A stretch of 47,584 nt of DNA from Bacteroidales bacterium (lineage in GTDB: Bacteria > Bacteroidota > Bacteroidia > Bacteroidales > UBA932), in NCBI GenBank assembly GCA_012511975.1, contig JAAZEZ010000069.1, positions 1 to 47,584 on the forward strand, given 5' to 3'. The translations under genes were made by a program, and so were the position numbers. How positions within the stretch are numbered: the stretch's first letter is position 1; each line of letters opens with the position of its first letter. This document shows, piece by piece, positions 1 through 7,433 of the stretch. Under the pieces are notes generated by a model that saw only the letters and a program-made list of their open reading frames with translations, had not been told where the DNA came from and did no database searches.

Positions 1-129
1 AGCTCATATTTGGAGCTTTTACAGAGAAAAAAATCAAATAACAAGGCGATTTCTCGAACCGAAAATGACGAAAATCAGCAAAAAGTCAGCCCAAAACGCC
101 TAAACTCGAATGTGCAACAGTCTCAACAA

Positions 130-378
130 ATGAATGAGCAGACAGAACGAGATCGTAAGCGAAAAGAGCTGAATAAGCCTCGCTGGGATAACTGGCACGT
201 ACGCTTGCCTGACCCGAAAGACCAGCAACGGGCGATTGACTTGTTCCATAAATCAGGGGCGGAAACGAAGTCCGACTTCGTGCGGGCAAGGATATTGGGG
301 GAGCATTTCAAGGTGATAACGGTGGATAAGTCTGCCGTGGAGTACTATCTAATCTTCTATATGATAGAAAATCTCTAA
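130..378 (+). pseudogene. 3'-truncated MobA/MobC-type (ribbon-helix-helix) relaxosome accessory mobilisation gene remnant
   Basis: ORF 10..378; the frame is open from base 1 and the first ATG is at 130. WHVRLPDPKDQQRAIDLFHKSGAETKSDFVRARILGEHFKVITVDKSAVEYY resembles the RHH core of Bacteroides-type mobilisation proteins. The helix expected next (IGxNxNQ-type) is missing. After ...EYY the frame runs into unrelated AT-rich DNA and stops. Confidence 0.5.
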
Positions 379-855
379 TATATTATAACTCAAGGCTTGC
401 TCACCTGATTTAAATTCATTTTTATAAAAACTTTCAGAATTTAACAGATTTATTTGATCATAAAATGCAAATTCTATGGCGATATCAGTTAGTTTCTTAA
501 TCCTTCGCCTTTTAAACTTTATATCATCTTGAAAGATCGACAACTGTTTCGTATCAATATCAACAACATAATCATAAGTCTTAAATACTTCTAAAGGTAA
601 ATTTACCCTTATTTCCCCTCTTGGAGGAATTGGCGTGAAGTGATATAAAACTTGCCATTTATTTATCAGTCGTCTTTCTCCTATGATTAATTTGTCTGTA
701 TAATGTACAGATAAAAAAGGCACCAATGGGAGAAAAGACAATTTGAGTAGATTTCTATTCCTGTTGTATCTGTGAAGCCATTTTGATTTATAGAAATCTT
801 TACATATATAGCTATCAAATAGATAGAGTGTATCTTGGGATACATTAAAAAACAA
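349..855 (-). CDS. Hypothetical protein body (168 codons) lacking its own ATG; probably the mature part of a secreted protein split from its signal peptide by a frameshift
   Basis: The 168-aa ORF contains no methionine codon. Its only start is a TTG placed right where the frame opens. The signal-peptide ORF 845..985 overlaps its 5' end in a frame offset by one base. No recognisable motif; AT-rich codon usage. Confidence 0.4.
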   Translation of the reverse strand: MFFNVSQDTLYLFDSYICKDFYKSKWLHRYNRNRNLLKLSFLPLVPFLSVHYTDKLIIGERRLINKWQVLYHFTPIPPRGEIRVNLPLEVFKTYDYVVDIDTKQLSIFQDDIKFKRRRIKKLTDIAIEFAFYDQINLLNSESFYKNEFKSGEQALSYNILEIFYHIED

Positions 856-985
856 TTTGGCAACATGTATCCTCTTTTAAAACGGTAGCTGTAATTCTCT
901 TCTCCTGTGTTACCTGTGCAGAGTTCTGCGCAGGCAACACAAAAAGACTTATTGCTACATAAAGCATATTAACATACCTTTTCAT
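845..985 (-). CDS. 46-codon signal-peptide ORF (MKRYVNMLYVAISLFVLPAQNSAQ...), likely the 5' part of the 349..855 gene
   Basis: My own translation of the minus strand gives MKRYVNMLYVAISLFVLPAQNSAQVTQEKRITATVLKEDTCCQIVF*. It has a classic n-region, h-region and A-Q cleavage context. Its ATG (985..983) overlaps the TGA (984..982) of the upstream HExxH gene. It ends in the T6 run (plus-strand A6 at 847..852). Confidence 0.35.
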   Translation of the reverse strand: MKRYVNMLYVAISLFVLPAQNSAQVTQEKRITATVLKEDTCCQIVF

Positions 986-1479
986 TTCCTAACCTTGCGA
1001 TTGTGTGTTTCATCATACTGACGCTTCGGCAATTGTAAAATTCCCCTCACAATATTGTTAAAATCAAGAACCTCATGCTGCCCCTTCCCTTCATAAACGA
1101 CATGACCAATCTCATGAAAAGTCAAATCAGTTTGGTTTGTCTGATAAGTAACTTTTTTAAATCGGGCACCATTTTGAGGATCAATCGGTTCTTTATAATA
1201 GGCATCTGTAACTTCCATTGTTTCTCCAATCGTCTTATTCGGATCTACAACTATCAAATTTTGATCATAATTCTCATTTTCGCTTGCCAGCAATATTGCA
1301 GCACCTCCTCCAGATTCTGCCTTGAAAGTTCTTTTATTTCCATACCTATCGGTTATTTGGGTGTCCTTGCCATATTGTATGTTTGTAATGGTCTTGCTAT
1401 ACATTACTTCTTTTAGTCTTTTGAATACTTCGCGTTGTGCTTTGTCCATACCTTTTTTTTCGCCACTAAACACAAGCAT
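982..1479 (-). CDS. Small HExxH zinc-metallopeptidase-like protein, no signal peptide
   Basis: The C-terminal part of ORF 982..1692 carries TFHEIGHVVYEGKGQHE (an HExxH motif). The likely start is the ATG at 1479 (MLVFSGEKKGMDKAQ...) or the one at 1449. The longer N-terminal extension is the alternative frame of the 1502..1765 gene. Family not recognised. Confidence 0.55.
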   Translation of the reverse strand: MLVFSGEKKGMDKAQREVFKRLKEVMYSKTITNIQYGKDTQITDRYGNKRTFKAESGGGAAILLASENENYDQNLIVVDPNKTIGETMEVTDAYYKEPIDPQNGARFKKVTYQTNQTDLTFHEIGHVVYEGKGQHEVLDFNNIVRGILQLPKRQYDETHNRKVRK

Positions 1480-1501
1480 ATCTGATTGTGTGTAAGAGAA
1501 C

Positions 1502-1765
1502 TTATACCGATGTCCCGAAATAGAATCCGGCAAAACAGCTGAGAAATGCCAGACCGAGAAATACGTCAAGAGGACTACCGTAAAAACGTATAAGACAGAA
1601 CACCATTGCAATCGTGAGAATGGTGAGAAAGAGGCCGTCCCCCACTGATGTGTCGTGGAGCAAATAACAGAGGAAAGCATGCGCGAGAGCAAAGAGAAAT
1701 ATTATTAGATTGGCCTTACCGAAATCTCTCCTGCCATTGCCTGTCCTTTTAAAAAATCCTCCCAT
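1502..1765 (-). CDS. Small integral membrane protein (about 3 TM segments), unknown function
   Basis: 87-aa ORF with three hydrophobic stretches: ANLIIFLFALAHAFLCYLL, LFLTILTIAMVFCLIRF and VFLGLAFLSCFAGFYFG. Composition is normal, unlike the AT-rich island that starts just downstream. Confidence 0.45.
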   Translation of the reverse strand: MGGFFKRTGNGRRDFGKANLIIFLFALAHAFLCYLLHDTSVGDGLFLTILTIAMVFCLIRFYGSPLDVFLGLAFLSCFAGFYFGTSV

Positions 1766-1824
1766 ATCGTGACAAATTCGTTAATAATTGTAAATATAAG
1801 TATTTTTTTCAAACAAAAGATGGC

Positions 1825-1832
1825 TATATTTG
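1825..1832 (+). promoter_or_regulatory. Candidate Bacteroides-type -7 box (TATATTTG = TAnnTTTG)
   Basis: Exact TAnnTTTG match 20 nt upstream of the ATG at 1853. Confidence 0.4.
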
Positions 1833-1852
1833 TCATCTGTAACAAACTATCC

Positions 1853-3385
1853 ATGATGAAACGATTGACAATTCTTCTCGTAGCCCTTATATGGCTGCCT
1901 CTTGCCTCTTTTGCGCAAAACACTCTCTCACAGGAGGATATTTCCAATATTGAATCCTATATCGAACAGATACGCTCAGACTGGAAGATCCCGGGTATGG
2001 GCGTTTCCATCCTCAAGGATGGTGAACTTATTCTCTGCAAGGGATACGGAGTCAAAAACCTGGACAACCCTCAGGACTCGGTGGACTCCCACACCCTATT
2101 CCAAATAGGATCGGTCTCCAAATCATTCACCGCATATCTGCTTGCCACCCTGGTGGACGAAGGACTCATCAGCTGGGATAATACCGTAAAAGAGATTCTC
2201 CCCGACTTCAAAATGTACGATCCATGGGTGACAGAACACCTGCAGGTCAAGGACCTGACTTCCCACAAGACGGGAATAGGAAGACAAGTGGGTACCTATA
2301 TCCCAAATCTGGGCTACGACAGGGACGATATCTACAGGATGTTGGAGCTCATAGAGCCCTCATACACCTTCAGGGGCGCATATCAATACAACAACATCAC
2401 CTTTATTCCCGCAGCCAGGATCATCGAGAAGGTAACCGGTAAAAGCTGGGAAGATAATATCCGCGAACGCATTTTCGAGCCCCTTGGAATGGATGAATCC
2501 ACCATCAACGGTGAAGGATTTGCAGAGGCTCAAAATGTGGCGCTCCCCTACGAATTTCTCTCCAAGGAGGGAAAGATGGTGATCAATCCTCTTTACGGCG
2601 AGGAGCAGGCACTCTGGTGGCTCACTGTCATCGGACCCGCCGGATCTATCTGCTGTCCTCCCAAAGACCTTATCAAATGGGCGCAATTCCAGCTCGATGG
2701 AGGTAAAGTGGATGGTAAGGAACTGATATCTAAGAAAAATATGGACTATCTTCACAGAGGAGTCACCATAACCTCTCAGAGCGAATCCAAAACCACTCTC
2801 TACAGCCACTGCTGGTTCATTGAGCAGAGCAAGAAAGGACGCATCTATTTTCACACAGGCACTACCTGGGGAATGACCACCTTGTGCGCATTTGTGCCTG
2901 AATTAGATCTGGGACTCACCATCCAGGTCAACTCGGAAGCTCCCAGTGAGCCCCGCTATGCAGTACTGCGTCGTCTGGTGGACCTCTGTCTCGACCTTGA
3001 AGACTATGACTACAACGCGGAATTCTTGAAAGAATGGTACGCCAATGCTGCTAAAAAGGCTGAAGAAGAGGAAAAAGCTGCTGCCGAAAAGGTAGTAGAA
3101 CCCGCTCCGGACTCAAAACTGCTTGTAGGCAAATATACGAAAGACCCTCTCTTTGGAGAAGCATGGATAACTCTCGAGAAAGGTAAACTATACATCAAAA
3201 TAGGTAAACAGGGCTGGAAACATGAAATGACCCATGTCAGCGGCAACATCTACAAGTTCCGTTCTGATGGTACTGCCTTCGAGATTAAATTCAAATTTGA
3301 GGAGGGACAAAAGAAGGCTGCATCATTTGAAGTTGACTTCAAGGAGGGTGAAGATTTCGGTCCCTGGACTAGATTAAGCAAATAA
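1853..3385 (+). CDS. Secreted serine hydrolase, beta-lactamase/PBP4-like family (class C-type fold) with a C-terminal extra domain
   Basis: Signal peptide MMKRLTILLVALIWLPLASFAQ; SxxK motif in GSVSKSFTA; a YxN-like YQYNN. The start was moved to the ATG at 1853 inside ORF 1769..3385. Confidence 0.85.
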   Translation: MMKRLTILLVALIWLPLASFAQNTLSQEDISNIESYIEQIRSDWKIPGMGVSILKDGELILCKGYGVKNLDNPQDSVDSHTLFQIGSVSKSFTAYLLATLVDEGLISWDNTVKEILPDFKMYDPWVTEHLQVKDLTSHKTGIGRQVGTYIPNLGYDRDDIYRMLELIEPSYTFRGAYQYNNITFIPAARIIEKVTGKSWEDNIRERIFEPLGMDESTINGEGFAEAQNVALPYEFLSKEGKMVINPLYGEEQALWWLTVIGPAGSICCPPKDLIKWAQFQLDGGKVDGKELISKKNMDYLHRGVTITSQSESKTTLYSHCWFIEQSKKGRIYFHTGTTWGMTTLCAFVPELDLGLTIQVNSEAPSEPRYAVLRRLVDLCLDLEDYDYNAEFLKEWYANAAKKAEEEEKAAAEKVVEPAPDSKLLVGKYTKDPLFGEAWITLEKGKLYIKIGKQGWKHEMTHVSGNIYKFRSDGTAFEIKFKFEEGQKKAASFEVDFKEGEDFGPWTRLSK

Positions 3386-3402
3386 TAAAACAGACATACA
3401 AC

Positions 3403-4194
3403 ATGAAACGCATTTCCATCTTCATTTTCACACTGCTCTTTGCAGGTTCGCTTTTCGCACAATCGCCCATTATCGGCATCTCCTCCTACAGGAGTGGTGC
3501 CTCCCATGTGGCCGGCAACACCTATGTCAACTCCGTCCGTATGGCCGGTGGGGTACCCTTAATCATCCCCGTTACCACCGATGACACACAAATAGAGGCC
3601 ATACTTAATGCGATTGACGGTCTTATAATGACAGGCGGCGAAGATTTTGATCCACTTAAATGGTATGGAGAAGAACCCCTGAGAGCCAATGGCGAAATTG
3701 CCCCTGAAAGGGACGATTTTGATGTCAAACTGATCAGAGCAGCTGTGGCCAAAGGCATTCCGGTATTGGGCATCTGCCGCGGCCAGCAACTGATGAGTAT
3801 TGCTTTTGGCGGTTCACTCTACCAGGACATCCCCTCACAGGTCAAGAGCAGCTATGTCAAGCACAGACAGGGTGACACTCCAGGTTATTATGGCACCCAT
3901 ACCATCTCTATAGAAAAGGGCTCCATACTGGCTGATGTGACAGGCAGCGACAAAGCCGTGGTCAATTCATTCCACCATCAGGCCATCAAAGCGATGCCTG
4001 CAGGATTTAAGGTGACAGCCAGATCGGCAGACGGAATAATTGAAGCAGTAGAAAGGGTTGCTCCCCTCAAAGGTTATGCTGACGGTGGCGCAATGATAGT
4101 TGGCACTCAATTTCACCCTGAGATAATGACCAACGCCGGCAATCCCCTCTTCCTGGGACTCTTCCAAAAACTGGTGTCCGAAGCCGCCAAGTAG
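3403..4194 (+). CDS. Gamma-glutamyl-GABA hydrolase-like peptidase C26 / class I glutamine amidotransferase-like protein, with a signal peptide
   Basis: GICRGQQLM (nucleophile Cys elbow) and TQFHPE (His/Glu) motifs. N-terminal MKRISIFIFTLLFAGSLFAQ. Confidence 0.85.
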   Translation: MKRISIFIFTLLFAGSLFAQSPIIGISSYRSGASHVAGNTYVNSVRMAGGVPLIIPVTTDDTQIEAILNAIDGLIMTGGEDFDPLKWYGEEPLRANGEIAPERDDFDVKLIRAAVAKGIPVLGICRGQQLMSIAFGGSLYQDIPSQVKSSYVKHRQGDTPGYYGTHTISIEKGSILADVTGSDKAVVNSFHHQAIKAMPAGFKVTARSADGIIEAVERVAPLKGYADGGAMIVGTQFHPEIMTNAGNPLFLGLFQKLVSEAAK

Positions 4195-4201
4195 GTACTG
4201 A

Positions 4202-5557
4202 TTAAATAAAATTCTTTATCACTTCACGGGCCTGCGCGACTTTCTCTTCGAGAAGGTCTATTGATGTGGCCTCGCAGATAAAGCGGAGGAAGGGTTCTGT
4301 ATTGGAGGGACGTATGTTAAACCACCATTGGGAGAACTCCACTCTGTAACCGTCAAAGTCATAGGATGCGACCGGGCGCTCTTGCGAAACAAACAATTCG
4401 CGCACAGCAATCATCGCATCTTCCTTTTTAGATATAGGGAAGTTGATTTCTCCGGAACTGAAATAACCGTTTATCCTTTCGATAAGCTGCGAAAGCGACA
4501 CTCCTTCCCTCTTGAAACGCGCAATTACATTCAGCGCCAAAATGGCAGCCAGAAAACCGCTATCCGAATAGAAAAAATCTTTAAAATAGTAGTGACCGGC
4601 CAATTCGCCTCCGAACAGGCCATCGATCTCACGCAATTTGCGAGCTGCAAAGGCCCTGCCTACCTTCCAGGTGACAATTTCAGCACCCATGGGTTCCAGA
4701 TACTCTGCCACCGACTTGGAACTGCGTATATCCTGAAGCACGATACGCTTTGCTCCGTCATATCTCTCATTCTCAAAGAAATAATGACCCAGAAGTGCTA
4801 TTACCAGATCAGGTGAGATAAATTTGCCTCTCTCATCCACAAACATAACTCTGTCTGCATCACCGTCAAATATCACACCCACGTCACTACGTTGCGTGAT
4901 GACGGACTTCTGGAGTTCAATAAGGTTTTCAGGGACGAGGGGGTTGGGATCGTGGTTGGGGAATGTACCGTCTAACTCATCGAATAAATAAACAGGATTT
5001 TCTCCGAAAATTTTTCTCGCAAAAAGAGCCGCCATACCGTTGGAGACATCGATGCTTATTTTCAAATCCGAAATATCCTCTTTCCTGGAGTTTAAAAACG
5101 AGATATATTCCTTGGAAATGTCAAACGGGATGATTTTGCCACGGGTTTCCGCCACAGGAGTCTCCCTGCCCTCCTCAATCCATTGACGTATGGTAGAAAG
5201 ACCATTATCAAAACCAACCGGAAGAGCGTTCTTACAGGAGATTTTCATACCGTTGTACTCTTTGGGATTGTGAGAAGCGGTAATCTGTATCGAAGCCGAA
5301 AATCCGTACCTTGCGGTACCGAAGTAAACTATCGGAGTAGTACTCAGACCCAGATCGTAGACGTCAGCTCCGGCATCGTTGATGCCCTTTGCCACATATT
5401 CGAAAATCTCAGGCGAAGAGAGTCTTGTATCTCTACCTACCAATACTTTGTCCGCCTCCAGAAGAATCGGAATAAAATAACCCACCTTGTAGGCGAGGTA
5501 TTTATCGAAATCCACATTATAGATTCCGCGTATATCATATGCGTGAAATGCTCCCAT
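4202..5557 (-). CDS. Phosphoglucomutase/phosphomannomutase family (alpha-D-phosphohexomutase)
   Basis: Active-site loop TASHNPKEYNGMK, Mg-binding FDGDADR, and the typical N-terminus MGAFHAYDIRG. Confidence 0.9.
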   Translation of the reverse strand: MGAFHAYDIRGIYNVDFDKYLAYKVGYFIPILLEADKVLVGRDTRLSSPEIFEYVAKGINDAGADVYDLGLSTTPIVYFGTARYGFSASIQITASHNPKEYNGMKISCKNALPVGFDNGLSTIRQWIEEGRETPVAETRGKIIPFDISKEYISFLNSRKEDISDLKISIDVSNGMAALFARKIFGENPVYLFDELDGTFPNHDPNPLVPENLIELQKSVITQRSDVGVIFDGDADRVMFVDERGKFISPDLVIALLGHYFFENERYDGAKRIVLQDIRSSKSVAEYLEPMGAEIVTWKVGRAFAARKLREIDGLFGGELAGHYYFKDFFYSDSGFLAAILALNVIARFKREGVSLSQLIERINGYFSSGEINFPISKKEDAMIAVRELFVSQERPVASYDFDGYRVEFSQWWFNIRPSNTEPFLRFICEATSIDLLEEKVAQAREVIKNFI

Positions 5558-5562
5558 AGCTA

Positions 5563-6120
5563 TTATTTGTCTGTTTTGACTCTATATGATGTAGTGACGT
5601 TTCCTTTAGAGATATTATTGAGTTTGCTGCCAAGCATTTTCTTGCGAATAGGGGCAGCTCTGTCGGTAAATACCACTCCATCAAGATGGTCCATCTCATG
5701 TTGCAACATCCTGGAAGCAAAGCCGTCGAATTCCTCCTCCTTTTCCTGAAAATTCTCATCAAAATATCTGATGCGAACCACTTTGGGTCTGTCAATGTCG
5801 GCATCGATATTGGGAACACTCAAACAACCTTCAGTGTAAGTACACAGCTCGTCGCTCTTGAAGGTAAAAACAGGATTAATCATTCTACGTATGAAATCGG
5901 CAAGTTCGGGATAGCGGTCAGCCAAATCACTACCGTCCACAATCAGAACTCTTAGAGAATGACCTACCTGTGGGGCTGCAAGGCCGCACCCGTCTGCATT
6001 TTTCATTGTTTCATACATGTCTTCCAGAAGCTTTGTAAGCTCTTCGCGCTGTTCGATGTCTGCTTCAGCAGCTTTCTCGCGCAACACCTGGGATCCATAT
6101 AGGTAAATAGGCAATATCAT
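5563..6120 (-). CDS. def: Peptide deformylase
   Basis: All three deformylase motifs are present: GCGLAAPQVG, EGCLSVP and HEMDHLDG. Confidence 0.95.
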   Translation of the reverse strand: MILPIYLYGSQVLREKAAEADIEQREELTKLLEDMYETMKNADGCGLAAPQVGHSLRVLIVDGSDLADRYPELADFIRRMINPVFTFKSDELCTYTEGCLSVPNIDADIDRPKVVRIRYFDENFQEKEEEFDGFASRMLQHEMDHLDGVVFTDRAAPIRKKMLGSKLNNISKGNVTTSYRVKTDK

Positions 6121-6136
6121 ATTAATAATTTTTTAA

Positions 6137-6559
6137 TCATTGTTGTTTCTGTGTTCTATCTAAATAACTCTGCAGAATGATGGCGGCACTGATCTTGTCC
6201 ACGGAGGACTTGTCACGACGATCCGACTTTTTCATTCCTCCCTCTATCATTGCCCTACGGGCCAGTACCGAGGTAAAACGTTCATCTTCGAGCACAACCG
6301 GAATGGAGGGAAACTTTTTCTTGAGCAAATTGATAAAGGCCTGCACCAACGGGGCGGATTGGGAATTTGTGTTGTCCATATTTAAAGGGAAGCCCACCAC
6401 AAAGAGATCCACCTTTTGATTTTGAAGGTAATTTTGAAGATAATCTATTATCTTTGCGGACGGAACAGTGTCAAGGGCTGACGCAAATATACGCAACGGA
6501 TCGCTCACTGCGATGCCGGTACGTTTGCTACCGTAGTCTATGCCTATTATCCTGTTCAT
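6137..6559 (-). CDS. ruvX: Holliday junction resolvase-like / pre-16S rRNA nuclease RuvX (YqgF)
   Basis: N-terminal IIGIDYGSKRTGIAVSD, a length of 140 aa, and a position directly upstream of def. Confidence 0.9.
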   Translation of the reverse strand: MNRIIGIDYGSKRTGIAVSDPLRIFASALDTVPSAKIIDYLQNYLQNQKVDLFVVGFPLNMDNTNSQSAPLVQAFINLLKKKFPSIPVVLEDERFTSVLARRAMIEGGMKKSDRRDKSSVDKISAAIILQSYLDRTQKQQ

Positions 6560-6563
6560 GATG

Positions 6564-6571
6564 CAAAGTTA
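6564..6571 (-). promoter_or_regulatory. Candidate -7 box (TAACTTTG on the minus strand), 4 nt from the ruvX ATG
   Basis: Plus strand CAAAGTTA at 6564..6571; the ruvX ATG is at 6559. The whole divergent ruvX/M23 intergenic region is only 19 nt. Confidence 0.35.
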
Positions 6572-6578
6572 ATGTTTT

Positions 6579-7430
6579 ATGGCACGTCAAAAAGAAAAAC
6601 ATGGTAAAAAGTTGAGATTTTCGATAATAAACGATGACTCTCACAAGGAGCTTTTCTCGTTTAGAACATCAAAAATCAACATTATACTGATCTCTATACT
6701 GGTATTGCTGGCAATAATGGCAGGCACTTACCTGCTCACTTCACGTACTTTTATAAGACAGACTATTCCCGGTTATCCTTCACCTGAAACCAGACGAATG
6801 GCGGTAGAGAACGCCATAAAAATCGATTCCCTTGAGAGAGCAATGGAGATGTGGGCATTTCAGGTGGCAAATATTCAAAGGATTGTTACAGGAAATAAAC
6901 CTCTTACACCTGATTCTCTCGGCCTGGTTAAGGAGATTCCTCTGATAGATGAGAGTCTAAGTGACCTTTATTTCCGCAACGATTCGCTCCTCAGAGAGGA
7001 GGTGCTTCGCCGTGAGCAATATAATATTTCCGGTATTAGGCAAGAGATAGAGCAGATCGAGGGACTGCACTTTTTTACCCCTGTTAGTGGTATCATTACC
7101 GAAGGATACAACAAGGCAACAGGTCATCCTTATATAGATATTGCTGCTCAGACAGGTACTATAGTGCACTCTGTATTAGATGGCACAGTCATATACGCCG
7201 GATGGAGCGATGACACCGGATATACCCTCCAGATACAACACAGTTACGATATTATATCGGTTTATAAGCACAACGAGCAACTACTCAAGTCAACCGGTGA
7301 CAAGGTTAAAGCCGGCACCCCAGTCGCAATGGTAGGTAACACAGGCAAACTTAGCACCGGCAGTCATCTCCATTTTGAGCTTTGGCACAAGGGAGAGGCA
7401 GTCGACCCCACTCTCTACATCAAGTTTTAG
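6579..7430 (+). CDS. M23 family metallopeptidase (LytM/NlpD-like), membrane anchored
   Basis: C-terminal GNTGKLSTGSHLHFELW (M23 HxH motif) and an N-terminal TM segment, ILISILVLLAIMAGTYLL. Confidence 0.9.
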   Translation: MARQKEKHGKKLRFSIINDDSHKELFSFRTSKINIILISILVLLAIMAGTYLLTSRTFIRQTIPGYPSPETRRMAVENAIKIDSLERAMEMWAFQVANIQRIVTGNKPLTPDSLGLVKEIPLIDESLSDLYFRNDSLLREEVLRREQYNISGIRQEIEQIEGLHFFTPVSGIITEGYNKATGHPYIDIAAQTGTIVHSVLDGTVIYAGWSDDTGYTLQIQHSYDIISVYKHNEQLLKSTGDKVKAGTPVAMVGNTGKLSTGSHLHFELWHKGEAVDPTLYIKF

Positions 7431-7433
7431 AAG

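Larger units (their letters stand above)
1..1500. mobile_element. Probable decayed edge of a mobilisable/integrative element: mob gene remnant plus AT-rich cargo island
   Basis: A MobA/MobC-like ORF is cut off at about base 346. Composition switches there to visibly AT-rich DNA, which runs to about 1480-1500, where normal composition resumes. No integrase or transposase lies inside the window; the element would extend leftwards. Confidence 0.35.

Noticed and set aside
10-129. Upstream 40 codons of the mob ORF (TTG start at 10; frame open from base 1)
   Set aside because: This is a low-complexity Lys/Asn/Gln-rich translation with no start-codon support. It is more likely non-coding (possibly an oriT-proximal region) upstream of ATG 130. 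The window edge prevents a decision.
1480-1692. N-terminal 71-aa extension of the HExxH ORF (982..1692)
   Set aside because: This part is simply another reading frame of the 1502..1765 membrane-protein gene, in higher-GC DNA. The AT-rich HExxH gene more plausibly starts at ATG 1479 or 1449.
5183-5749. 188-aa plus-strand ORF spanning the phosphohexomutase/def junction
   Set aside because: It is antisense to two confidently identified genes and crosses their intergenic gap. Its sequence is low-complexity.
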